64,000 nt of DNA, taken from Oscillospiraceae bacterium. GTDB taxonomy: Bacteria > Bacillota > Clostridia > Oscillospirales > CAG-382. Position numbers and translations under genes: made by a program. Below the pieces are notes generated by a model. It saw only the letters and a program-made list of their open reading frames with translations. It was not told the DNA's origin and did not search any database. The DNA is taken from positions 1,619 through 65,618 of the forward strand of contig SVRI01000001.1 in assembly GCA_015064895.1 (NCBI GenBank), written 5' to 3'. Shown here piece after piece: positions 27,155-35,975 of the stretch (position 1 is its first letter; each line of letters begins with the position of its first letter).

Positions 27155-27721
27155 CTTACTTTTTTCTTTGATAAAAAGAAAAAAGTAAGCAAAAAAGAAA
27201 ATAATACGAGACTTTGTTTAAGGATAAAATTCAAGCAACAGGAGCCCGAGCGAGTTGCCATATAGCGGTGGTTGATTTTCTTTGATAAAAAGAAAAAAGT
27301 AAACAAAAAAAGATAATAATACGAGACTTTGTTTAAGGATAAAACTCAAGCAACAGGAGCCCGAGTGAGTTGCCATATAGCGGTCGTTGATTTTCTTTGA
27401 TAAAAAGAAAAAAGTAAACAAAAAAGAAAATAATACGAGACTTTGTTTAAGGATAAAATTCAAGCAACAGGAGCCCGAGTGAGTTGCCATATAGCGGTGG
27501 TTGATTTTCTTTGATAAAAAGAAAAAAGTAAGCAAAAAAGAAAATGCATAAGCACCAATTATTTAAAGGTTCCAAGCAAACCGTTTTTGCTCGATTTTCA
27601 ATCCCTTGTGCCAAACAACGGCACAAGGGATAATGCCTTTTTTGATAAAAGAAAAAAAGCAGGATTCAGGATGACTGAACAAAATTATCCCCGATGCCGA
27701 GAGACGGCATCGGGGAATTCG
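27155..27721 (+). repeat. mosaic intergenic repeat, locus E: three tandem 114-115-nt H-S-M units, then H-S-T1-T2
   Basis: The element starts at the base after the AraC stop. The GATAA loop of H recurs at 27170, 27284, 27399 and 27513. T1 is at 27602-27630. T2 is TCCCCGATGCCGAGAGACGGCATCGGGGA at 27688-27716, followed by a T-run. Confidence 0.9.
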
Positions 27722-27724
27722 TTT

Positions 27725-28264
27725 TTATTTCTTTAGTTTTGATAGTATTCTTACAATCGGCGGAATGACAATCCATTGGATAAGTATCCCGACAAATCCC
27801 GCAGGAATTGACATAAGGGCAAGTTTTACACTGACGCCCTTTGCTGTAACGCCGAGAAGATTTACGGCGATATATGTACACAATAGGTTTGCGAGTCTTC
27901 CCAAAATCTGTGACGTGACAAGTGCTGTATATATACTGAGTGTTTTATTTTTGATTTTTTTTGAATAAAGACGCATGAACAGTCCCGCCGAAAGGCCGTA
28001 AACTGCAAGTTCAATGCACATAAAGGGCATTTTTATCATTGTGGGCATTTGAGTTATAAGACAACTCAAGAATGGAGAAAGAATGCCGGTTACGAGCCCG
28101 CAGTAAGGCGAAATCAGAAGTCCTGCAATGAGCACGGGAATGTGCATTGGCAGAAATGTTTGTCCCGACAGGGCCCCGAAGGTGTGGAAAATCATGGGAA
28201 AAAGCACTCCGAGAGCCGTAAAAAAACCCGAATAAATGATTGTTCTTGTTGCTGTGTTTTTCAT
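27725..28264 (-). CDS. ECF transporter S component, substrate unknown
   Basis: The 179-aa protein is all-helical membrane, beginning MKNTATRTIIYSGFFTALGVLFPMIFH...FLPMHIPVLIAGLL, an S-component-like pattern. No ECF A/T genes are nearby. Confidence 0.65.
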   Translation of the reverse strand: MKNTATRTIIYSGFFTALGVLFPMIFHTFGALSGQTFLPMHIPVLIAGLLISPYCGLVTGILSPFLSCLITQMPTMIKMPFMCIELAVYGLSAGLFMRLYSKKIKNKTLSIYTALVTSQILGRLANLLCTYIAVNLLGVTAKGVSVKLALMSIPAGFVGILIQWIVIPPIVRILSKLKK

Positions 28265-28335
28265 AATGTCACATCCTTACGCTGAGTTTATCACATTAAA
28301 ACCGGCTTGTAAATATGTTTTGCGGCTATACGGTT

Positions 28336-28364
28336 ATTATAGTACCTTTATTTTTGTTGTTCAA
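28336..28364 (-). promoter_or_regulatory. consensus-like sigma-A promoter for the ECF S-component gene
   Basis: On the minus strand, TTGAAC (28364-28359), a 17-nt spacer, then TATAAT (28341-28336). Confidence 0.6.
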
Positions 28365-28531
28365 GTAAATATGTTTTCGATAATGGCAAACTTGCACATT
28401 TTTTTACATTTTGCAAATATGCCCGGTTAAATCGGGTTTTATTTACGTTCCATTAAAGATTTAATCATTATTAGCCTATATAATATAATAAATTACTATA
28501 CGTAACTACAGTGTAAAAGGGGTAATGTATT

Positions 28532-29032
28532 ATGGATAAGGAACTCAGAAGCAAGATTCTCTCTCTTGTAGAAGGCGATGCAAGACTCACAAAAGAAAGA
28601 ATAGCCGTTATGCTCGACAAGAGCGTTGAAGAAATCTCACGAGCCATGGAAGAACTCGAAAATGAGGGTGTTATTCTGGGATATAAGGCACTTGTTGACT
28701 GGGACAAGACAGACAAGGAGTATGTAACTGCCCTGATTGAATTGAAGGTTACACCCCAAAGAGACAGAGGCTTCGAAAAGGTTGCCGAAAGAATTGCCAA
28801 CTATCCCGAAGTAAAGGATATGTACCTTATGTCGGGTGCATACGATTACTGTGTAATCATTGAAGGCAAGACAATGAAGCAGGTGGCGCTTTTTGTTGCC
28901 GAAAAGCTTGCGACAATAGAAAATGTTTTATCCACAAGTACTCACTTTGTGCTCAGAAAGTATAAGAACAACGGTGTCTCTTTCGGTATGGGTGAGGATG
29001 ATGTAGCTGATGAAAGAGGTAATATAAACTGA
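28532..29032 (+). CDS. Lrp/AsnC-family transcriptional regulator
   Basis: The translation has an HTH (KILSLVEGDARLTKERIAVMLDKSVEEISRAMEELENEGVILGY) followed by an AsnC-type ligand domain. Confidence 0.88.
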   Translation: MDKELRSKILSLVEGDARLTKERIAVMLDKSVEEISRAMEELENEGVILGYKALVDWDKTDKEYVTALIELKVTPQRDRGFEKVAERIANYPEVKDMYLMSGAYDYCVIIEGKTMKQVALFVAEKLATIENVLSTSTHFVLRKYKNNGVSFGMGEDDVADERGNIN

Positions 29033-30201
29033 TGATAGACTATTCAAAGGTGCTTTCCGACAAGGTTGTTTCCATGAAGCCGTCGGGAATCCGAAAATTT
29101 TTTGACATACTTAACGAAGTTCCCGGCGTTATTTCATTGACTGTCGGCGAGCCTGACTTCAAGACGCCCTGGCACGTAAGAGAGGCGGCTATCGCTTCGC
29201 TTGAAAAGGGCAGAACTGCATACACATCAAACACGGGTCTTCTCGAATTCAGAAAGCAGATTTCAAGCTATCTTGAAAGACGTTTTGAAATTTCATATGA
29301 CCCTGCGAGTGAAATGATTATAACGGTTGGCGGCAGTGAAGCCATTGACCTTGCAATAAGAGCAATAGTAGAACCCGGTGACGAGGTGCTTATTGTTGAG
29401 CCTGCATATGTTTGCTATGTTCCCATGACAGAGCTTTGCGGCGGCGTGCCTGTTGTAATTCCCACACGCGTTGAAGACAAGTTCAAGCTTACTCCCGAGC
29501 TTTTAAAGAAGTACATAACACCAAAGACAAAAATGCTCATTCTTCCTTATCCCAACAACCCGACGGGTGCCATTATGACAGAGGAAGATTTAAAGAAGAT
29601 TGCAGAGGTAATCAAGGACACAAACATAGTTGTTCTTACAGATGAAATCTACGGTGAGCTCACATACGGAAGAAAGCACTGCTCCTTTGCGGCAATTCCC
29701 GGAATGTGGGACAGAACAATCTATGTGGGCGGTTTTTCCAAGAGCTATGCCATGACAGGCTGGAGACTCGGCTATGTCTGTGCTCCCGAGGAAATTACAA
29801 AGCAGATGCTCAAAATCCACCAGTATGCAATCATGTGTGCTCCCACCATGAGCCAGTATGCAGGTATCGAGGCTGTTATGAACGGCGACGAGGATATAGA
29901 ATACATGAAGGACTGCTACAACCAGAGAAGAAGAATGCTTCTTTCGGGGCTTAACGAAATCGGTCTTCCTTGCTTTGAACCCGAGGGTGCTTTCTATGTA
30001 TTCCCCGAAATCGGAAAGTTCGGTCTTTCTTCGGACGAGTTCTGTGAAAGACTTCTTTATGAGGAAAAATGTGCAATCGTTCCCGGTAATGCATTCGGTG
30101 CCTCGGGTGAAGGGTTTGCGAGAATTTCCTATGCATATTCTGTTGAGCACATTTCCCGTGCCATTGACAGAATTGACAAATTTTTAAAGAAGATTAAGTA
30201 A
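29032..30201 (+). CDS. pyridoxal-phosphate-dependent aminotransferase, class I/II
   Basis: The PLP-lysine motif is GGFSKSYAMTGWRLGY, with NPTG also present. The start overlaps the AsnC stop (TGATG). Confidence 0.88.
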   Translation: MIDYSKVLSDKVVSMKPSGIRKFFDILNEVPGVISLTVGEPDFKTPWHVREAAIASLEKGRTAYTSNTGLLEFRKQISSYLERRFEISYDPASEMIITVGGSEAIDLAIRAIVEPGDEVLIVEPAYVCYVPMTELCGGVPVVIPTRVEDKFKLTPELLKKYITPKTKMLILPYPNNPTGAIMTEEDLKKIAEVIKDTNIVVLTDEIYGELTYGRKHCSFAAIPGMWDRTIYVGGFSKSYAMTGWRLGYVCAPEEITKQMLKIHQYAIMCAPTMSQYAGIEAVMNGDEDIEYMKDCYNQRRRMLLSGLNEIGLPCFEPEGAFYVFPEIGKFGLSSDEFCERLLYEEKCAIVPGNAFGASGEGFARISYAYSVEHISRAIDRIDKFLKKIK

Positions 30202-31352
30202 TGGAACATAGGATTACATTTACCGACAAGGTATATCTTGAGAGCCTTGACGACTACGAATACGAAAACGTAAAAAGCGTTGTTTTCCCCATGTTTGACA
30301 AGGTGCTTTGCGACAACGGCTGGGACAAGGACTTTTTCGACGGTAAAAATGTTGCGGTAAAGCCCAATCTTTTACATAAGACAGGCGTTGAAAAGTGCGT
30401 GACAACACATCCCTCATATACACGGGCGGCGTGTGAGTATTTCACTTCTCTCGGTGCGTCTGTAATTGTGTGCGACAGCCCCGGAGGGGTTTACAACAAA
30501 TCACTTGTGGAAGGTGTTGCCAAGGAAACGGGAACACTTGAGGCGGCAAAGCTCGGCGGCGGTGTATTTAACGAGGACTACGGCTTTGAAATGCGTTCTG
30601 ACCACGAGTATTCAAAGTATTCCTTCAATATTATAAATCCCCTTGTAAAGGCGGACGTTATAGTAAATCTTGCCCGTCTTAAAACCCATGCTCTTTGCGA
30701 AATGACGGCGGCGGTCAAGAACATGTTCGGTTCAATCCCCGGACTTCAGAAGGCCGAACAGCACGCAAGATTTCCCTCAAAGGATTCCTTTGCATCCATG
30801 ATTTGCGATGTATGTCTTATAAATGCACCTCAGATAAACCTTGTGGACTGCGTTATCTGTATGGAGGGCAACGGGCCTTCGGGCGGCACACTCAGAAAGA
30901 TGGGTGCTGTTGCCGTCAGTGCAAACCCCTTTGCGGTGGATTTACTCTGCTGTCATATGATGGGTTACGGCTATGATGAGGTCGGCACAATAAAGAGTGC
31001 CGTTTCGAGAGGACTTTGTCCCGATTCTGTAGAAAAGCTTGAAATAATCGGCGACGATTACAAGAAGTACGTCTGCAAATTCAAACGCCCCGATTCAACG
31101 GCGGGCGGTCTTGTCAGGCAGATACCCTCTGTTTTCGGAGGAAGACTGCGTGATGCACTTGAAAGAAAGCCTGTAATCAACAAGAAAAAATGTATCGGCT
31201 GCGGCATATGCAAAAACAACTGTCCCGTCGATGCCATAACAATAGAAAACAAAAAAGCAAAAATCGATAAAACAAAATGCATCAAATGTTACTGCTGTCA
31301 GGAATTTTGTCCTAAAGTTGCTGTCAAGGCAAGAAACATTTTCGGTGTATAA
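30201..31352 (+). CDS. DUF362-domain protein with a C-terminal 2x[4Fe-4S] ferredoxin domain
   Basis: The segment [10 protein letters not shown]... is a DUF362-like core. The C-terminus has [12 protein letters not shown] and [12 protein letters not shown]. The start overlaps the previous stop (TAATG). Confidence 0.7.
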   Translation: MEHRITFTDKVYLESLDDYEYENVKSVVFPMFDKVLCDNGWDKDFFDGKNVAVKPNLLHKTGVEKCVTTHPSYTRAACEYFTSLGASVIVCDSPGGVYNKSLVEGVAKETGTLEAAKLGGGVFNEDYGFEMRSDHEYSKYSFNIINPLVKADVIVNLARLKTHALCEMTAAVKNMFGSIPGLQKAEQHARFPSKDSFASMICDVCLINAPQINLVDCVICMEGNGPSGGTLRKMGAVAVSANPFAVDLLCCHMMGYGYDEVGTIKSAVSRGLCPDSVEKLEIIGDDYKKYVCKFKRPDSTAGGLVRQIPSVFGGRLRDALERKPVINKKKCIGCGICKNNCPVDAITIENKKAKIDKTKCIKCYCCQEFCPKVAVKARNIFGV

Positions 31353-31366
31353 AGGAAAGTGATATT

Positions 31367-32284
31367 ATGCCAATCAGAATTCCCGAAGCACTTCCTGCTT
31401 TCGGCACATTAGAGAATGAAAACATATTTGTAATGTCGGAAAAGAGAGCCGACACTCAGGACATACGTCCCTTGAAGATTGCCATTCTCAACCTTATGCC
31501 CACAAAGATTGTGACGGAAACTCAGCTTCTCCGCCTTCTTTCAAACACGCCTTTGCAGGTTGAAATTACACTTCTTAAGACCCAGTCCTATACTTCAAAG
31601 AATACTTCTCAAGAGCATCTTGAATCCTTCTACCGCAACTTTGACGATGTAAAGCATATGAAGTTTGACGGTCTTATCATCACGGGTGCACCCATTGAGG
31701 ACAAGGAATATGAGGATGTTGCATACTGGGAGGAAATCTGCGAGATATTCAAGTGGTCTGAGAAAAATGTATATTCCTGCTTCTATATCTGCTGGGCATC
31801 TCTTGCGGCACTTTATTACTACCACGGTATAGAAAAGGTTGCACTTCCCGAAAAGCTTTCGGGCGTTTTCAGACACAAGGTGAAGAAGCCGTCTCATCCC
31901 GTTGTACGCGGCTTTGACCAGTACTTTTATGCACCCCATTCCCGTCACTACGGAGTAAGAACCGAGGACATCAAGGCTCATGAGGATGAAATTGATATTC
32001 TTGCCTCCAGCGAAAAGACGGGTGTATACATTGCGGCAAGCAAGGATATGAGAAAGATTTATGTTACGGGTCATTCGGAATACGACCACGACACTCTCAA
32101 GAACGAATACTTCAGAGATTTTGCCAAGGGAATGAATCCTCACGTACCCGAAAATTACTTCCCCTATGATGACCCCGAAAGAGAGCCTGTAAATATATGG
32201 AGAGGCCATGCGCATCTTCTCTATTCAAACTGGTTAAACTATGTTGTATACCAGAGAACGCCCTATGATTTGGGTGCAATGTAA
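31367..32284 (+). CDS. metA: homoserine O-acyltransferase (MetA family)
   Basis: The translation begins [48 protein letters not shown], with ...[14 protein letters not shown] (active-site Cys) further on. Confidence 0.92.
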   Translation: MPIRIPEALPAFGTLENENIFVMSEKRADTQDIRPLKIAILNLMPTKIVTETQLLRLLSNTPLQVEITLLKTQSYTSKNTSQEHLESFYRNFDDVKHMKFDGLIITGAPIEDKEYEDVAYWEEICEIFKWSEKNVYSCFYICWASLAALYYYHGIEKVALPEKLSGVFRHKVKKPSHPVVRGFDQYFYAPHSRHYGVRTEDIKAHEDEIDILASSEKTGVYIAASKDMRKIYVTGHSEYDHDTLKNEYFRDFAKGMNPHVPENYFPYDDPEREPVNIWRGHAHLLYSNWLNYVVYQRTPYDLGAM

Positions 32285-32312
32285 CTATATATAATATAGG
32301 AAGGAAAACTCA

Positions 32313-33104
32313 ATGTTGAAAAGAATTGTGTTTGCTGTGCTTGCGGTAGCCGTAATTTGTCTTGGTCTTTGTTCTTGCAAGATTCAACCCCAAAACGACG
32401 AAATTCCGCCGTTTGTTAAAAACGATCCTGCAACAAAGCCGGTAGAAGATCAGCCTTCAAAGGATACTGTGCAAGATATTTCGAAAGAAGAAGTGTCAAA
32501 GCTTGCCGAGGAAGCACTTACAAAGCTGAAGGCCATTCCCGAGTATCCCGAGGGATATCCCACACTTGACGATGTTGTTGCACAGTATAAAAAAGCATGC
32601 CAGGCAATCGGATGGATTGTCAACACAGAACTTGCAGCATCCGACGGCGACTACGGATACGATGCACACGGCATGACCTACTACAAGGTTTTACCCGACT
32701 GTTATCTCGGGGCTGCCAAGGCGGGAAAGGATCCTGACGCCGAAAAGCTGATATATAATAAGGAAACTCTTGAGGCTTATCTTGCGACGTTGATTTCTGC
32801 CGATGAAGCGAGAGATTATGTTCTTGATATTGATGACAGCTTTGAAATTCCCAAGTTTGTTGAAGCGGCAAACGGGGCACTATATGTTCTGCCTTATGCT
32901 TTTCCTCCTGCCGGATATGGCGATGACAGCACAGACACATTTGATCTGACAGCAAACGACGACGGCAGTTACACCCTCAGTGTTCATTACAACACTCTTG
33001 ATGACGAGGACAATGTTGAAGCTACACACACATATGACGTCAAGTACGTAAACAAAGACGGCAGATGGGTATTTGAAAACTTTTTACTTGTAAAACAGCA
33101 CTGA
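32313..33104 (+). CDS. hypothetical lipoprotein
   Basis: There is a signal peptide plus lipobox, MLKRIVFAVLAVAVICLGLCSCK. I recognise no domain. Confidence 0.7.
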   Translation: MLKRIVFAVLAVAVICLGLCSCKIQPQNDEIPPFVKNDPATKPVEDQPSKDTVQDISKEEVSKLAEEALTKLKAIPEYPEGYPTLDDVVAQYKKACQAIGWIVNTELAASDGDYGYDAHGMTYYKVLPDCYLGAAKAGKDPDAEKLIYNKETLEAYLATLISADEARDYVLDIDDSFEIPKFVEAANGALYVLPYAFPPAGYGDDSTDTFDLTANDDGSYTLSVHYNTLDDEDNVEATHTYDVKYVNKDGRWVFENFLLVKQH

Positions 33105-33575
33105 CTTACTTTTTTCTTTGATAAAAGAAAAAAGTAAGCAAAAAAGAAAATGACTTCGAGACTTTGTTTAAGGAAAAAACTCAGGCAACAGTTGCCCGAG
33201 TGAATTGCCATATGACAATCGTAGGTTTTCTTAGATAAAAGAAAAAAGTAAGCAAAAAAGAAAATAACTTCGAGACTTTGTTTAAGGAAAAAACTCAGGC
33301 AACAGTTGCCCGAGTGAATTGCCATATGACAATCGTAGGTTTTCTTAGATAAAAAAAGTAATCAAAAAAGAAAATAACCTCGAGACTTTGTTTAAGGATA
33401 AAACTCAAGCAACAGTTGCCCGAGTGAATTGCCATATGACAATCGTGGGTTTTCTTTGATAGAAGAAAAAAGAAAATGTATAAGCACCTATTATTTAAAG
33501 GTGCCGGGCGAACCGCGTTTTACCGATTATTCATCCCTTGCACCAAGAAACGGCGCAAGGGATTGTACTTTCCTA
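33105..33575 (+). repeat. mosaic intergenic repeat, locus F: three tandem 114-nt H-S-M units, then a degenerate H and T1
   Basis: The element starts at the base after the lipoprotein stop. The H loop recurs at 33120, 33234, 33348 and 33458. The T1 hairpin TCCCTTGCACC-AAGAAA-CGGCGCAAGGGA is at 33534-33562. Confidence 0.9.
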
Positions 33576-33731
33576 CATAAAAAAGGAAAAATAATCAAAA
33601 ATCACAAAATGTTGTACTGAATGTGAAACAAAACACTACGATTTGTGATGTTTTTATCAAAACTGTCATAATAGCCAAAAATGGCAGGAAATGTTCATAA
33701 AACATTTACAAAATTATTTTTAAAAAACCTA

Positions 33732-33760
33732 TTGCATTTAAAAATAACTTGTGTTATACT
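33732..33760 (+). promoter_or_regulatory. strong sigma-A promoter (extended -10, A/T-rich UP-like region) upstream of the S10 operon
   Basis: TTGCAT (33732-33737), a 17-nt spacer, then TGtTATACT with the -10 at 33755-33760. It is preceded by AAAATTATTTTTAAAAAA. Confidence 0.65.
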
Positions 33761-33766
33761 AACCAA

Positions 33767-34068
33767 GCTTGATGTGCGATGAAGCGGGAGGTTGCGACCA
33801 TTCGGTCGGTAATTTCCGTGGAGTATGTCCGATAAACGGGCGACAGCAAATAAGAACGCAAAGCGTGATGTCTTCTTTGCCGTTTGTTTCTTCAAGCGGA
33901 AACAAGTGCGGCGGCATGGGGGAAATTTGCGCATTCGCGAGCAAGGTTTGAAAACACGAGCGTCAGGAACGGCCGGCAAGGTTTGTCGGAACGCCTGAAT
34001 GTGGAAACATGATAACTTTGAAAAGCTGCCCGAAACCTTTTCCCTTGGCGAAATTGGTTCGGGTTTTT
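33767..34068 (+). ncRNA. candidate structured RNA: long S10-operon leader/attenuator or independent sRNA (class unknown)
   Basis: The segment is G+C-rich and lies between the promoter at 33732-33760 and the hairpin CCCGAAACC-N18-GGTTCGGG plus TTTTT (34029-34068). It contains several local stems, such as CGACC-ATTC-GGTCG at 33796-33809 and TTGTTTC-N8-GAAACAA at 33884-33905. No ORF here has an SD. Confidence 0.35.
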
Positions 34069-34194
34069 AATTCGGGACGGTCGCGAAACACCCGGATGCG
34101 TGTTCAAAATTTACTGTGCCGCATTTAAAAAATTCCTTCGTTTTATTAATAGCACGCACACGAAGGACAAAAATTTTAAAGGAGGCAGAAAAAA

Positions 34195-34508
34195 TGGCAT
34201 CTCAGGAAAAAATCAGAATCAGACTCAAGGCTTACGATCACACTCTCATCGATCAGGCTGCAGAAAAGATCGTAGAAGCTGCAAAGAGAAACGGCGCTAA
34301 GGTATCGGGTCCTATTCCCCTTCCTACAGACAAGGAAGTAGTTACCATCCTTCGTGCGGTACACAAGTACAAGGACAGCCGTGAACAGTTCGAATTCAGA
34401 ACACACAAGAGACTCATCGATATCCTTAAGCCCAGCCAGAAGGCAATCGAAGCTCTCGTTGATATCGAACTTCCTGCAGGCGTTGAATCCGAAATCATTA
34501 CATTCTAA
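34195..34508 (+). CDS. rpsJ: 30S ribosomal protein S10
   Basis: The translation begins [50 protein letters not shown] at 34181-34185 precedes ATG 34195; the track ORF starts upstream at 34116. Confidence 0.97.
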
Positions 34509-34709
34509 TTGATTCCAGGACAAGCCCGCAAAACAACAAAGCGTTATTACCTTGAAGGCGAAAGCGTGAGAGGTTAATACAAAAGGCTCCGACGTCTATA
34601 CCGCGAAGGAGTCAGGATTCAAATCCGGTCATGTTGGCTGTTCTCCCCGAGGGTTGCAAATTTTCGGGAAAATTCAAGGCAGTCAACCAATAACTAAGGA
34701 GGAAAAGAC

Positions 34710-35333
34710 ATGAAGAAAGGTATAATCGGTAAGAAGCTCGGCATGACTCAGATCTTTGACGAAATGGGCAACGTAATCCCCGTAACAGTCATTGAAGCTG
34801 GTCCCTGCGTAGTCGTTCAGAAGAAGACAGTTGAAAATGACGGCTATGATGCTGTACAGCTTGGTTTCGAAAACATCGAAGAAAGAAAGCTTTCTAAGCC
34901 CGCTAAGGGACACCAGGCTAAGGCAGGAGTAACAAAGAGACATCTCAAGGAATTCAAACTTGACGATGCAGCGTCTATGAATGTAGGCGACGAAATCAAG
35001 GCAGACGTTTTCGCTGCAGGCGAATGCGTTGACGTAACAGGCCTTACAAAGGGTCACGGTTACACAGGTGCAATCAAGCGTTGGAATCTCCACAAGCTTG
35101 AAATGACACACGGTGTAGGTCCTGTTCACCGTCAGTCCGGTTCTATGGGTGTTATCGACCCCGCCAGAATCTTCAAGGGTAAGAAGATGGCAGGTCAGTA
35201 CGGTCATGAACAGGTGACAATGCAGAACCTCAATGTAGTAAAAGTAGACGTTGAAAAGAACCTTATCGCAGTTAAGGGTGCGGTTCCCGGACCCAAGGGC
35301 GGTATCGTGTTCGTTCGTTCAACAGTAAAGTAA
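34710..35333 (+). CDS. rplC: 50S ribosomal protein L3
   Basis: The translation begins [34 protein letters not shown]10-operon order. Confidence 0.97.
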   Translation: MKKGIIGKKLGMTQIFDEMGNVIPVTVIEAGPCVVVQKKTVENDGYDAVQLGFENIEERKLSKPAKGHQAKAGVTKRHLKEFKLDDAASMNVGDEIKADVFAAGECVDVTGLTKGHGYTGAIKRWNLHKLEMTHGVGPVHRQSGSMGVIDPARIFKGKKMAGQYGHEQVTMQNLNVVKVDVEKNLIAVKGAVPGPKGGIVFVRSTVK

Positions 35334-35351
35334 GCGAAGGAGGAAACATAA

Positions 35352-35975
35352 ATGCCAAACGTAACAGTATTTGATATGGCAGGCAACAAGCAGGGCGAAA
35401 TGGAACTCAGCGCTGCAGTATTCGGTGCAGAAATCAATGAACCCGTCCTCCATAGCGTTGTCAGAGCATATCTCTTAAATCAGAGACAGGGTACGCAGAG
35501 TACCAAGACAAGAGCAGAAGTTTCCGGCGGCGGCAAGAAGCCTTGGAGACAGAAGGGTACAGGCCGTGCAAGACAGGGTTCTACAAGATCTCCTCAGTGG
35601 GTACACGGTGGTATCGCATTCGGTCCCAAGCCCAGAAGCTGGAAGGTTTCTATCAACAAGAAGGTAAAGAGAATCGCTATGCAGTCCGCACTCAGTGCAA
35701 AGGTTGCTGAAAACGAACTCGTAGTAGTAGACTCTATTGCAACAGGCGAATTCAAGACAAAGAAGATCGTTGAAATGCTTAAGGCACTCGGTGCAAACAA
35801 GAAGGCACTCATCGTTCTTCCCGAAGTTGACAAGTTCGTAGTTAAGAGCGCTTCCAACATTGAAGGCGTTAAGACAGCAATCCCCGGCACACTCAACGTA
35901 TACGACATTCTCAAGTACGATATGTTCATCGTTGCTAAGGACGCTGTAAAAGTAATCGAGGAGGTATACGCATAA
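35352..35975 (+). CDS. rplD: 50S ribosomal protein L4
   Basis: The translation contains ...[29 protein letters not shown]. Confidence 0.97.
   Translation: MPNVTVFDMAGNKQGEMELSAAVFGAEINEPVLHSVVRAYLLNQRQGTQSTKTRAEVSGGGKKPWRQKGTGRARQGSTRSPQWVHGGIAFGPKPRSWKVSINKKVKRIAMQSALSAKVAENELVVVDSIATGEFKTKKIVEMLKALGANKKALIVLPEVDKFVVKSASNIEGVKTAIPGTLNVYDILKYDMFIVAKDAVKVIEEVYA

Noticed and set aside
27097-27535. Minus-strand ORFs of 69 and 105 aa with internally repeated peptides (also 32987-33325 and 7925-8128)
   Set aside because: They exist only because the 114-nt DNA repeat lacks stops in one frame. The same peptide recurs at unrelated loci in step with the DNA repeat. There is no SD, and the region contains A/T-only hairpins.
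27155-27540. Possible CRISPR array (regular tandem repeats), also at 33105-33470
   Set aside because: The entire 114-nt period is conserved, so there are no unique spacers. The repeat length and A/T-hairpin content are unlike CRISPR repeats, and there are no cas genes in the window.
33769-33951. 60-94-aa ORFs on both strands inside the candidate RNA region (33695-33979, 33759-33944, 33892-34107)
   Set aside because: They have no SD sequences. They overlap one another in several frames, and their compositions are Cys/Arg/Gly-rich, as expected from random reading of G+C-rich structured RNA.
33767-34068. Identity of the rpsJ-upstream RNA as RNase P RNA, tmRNA, SRP RNA, 6S RNA or a T-box
   Set aside because: The hallmark motifs are absent: GAGGAAAGUCC and ACAGAA for RNase P, the tRNA-like CCACCA end and tag ORF for tmRNA, the GGAAGCAGC domain IV for SRP, and the T-box sequence. 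6S RNA cannot be excluded by sequence, but the size and terminator position fit it poorly.
34600-34640. tRNA-like T-arm (GGATTCAAATCC) suggesting a tRNA gene between rpsJ and rplC
   Set aside because: Only a 3-bp stem flanks the loop. No acceptor, D or anticodon arms can be drawn in the flanking 80 nt. At most it is a T-loop-like motif within the spacer.
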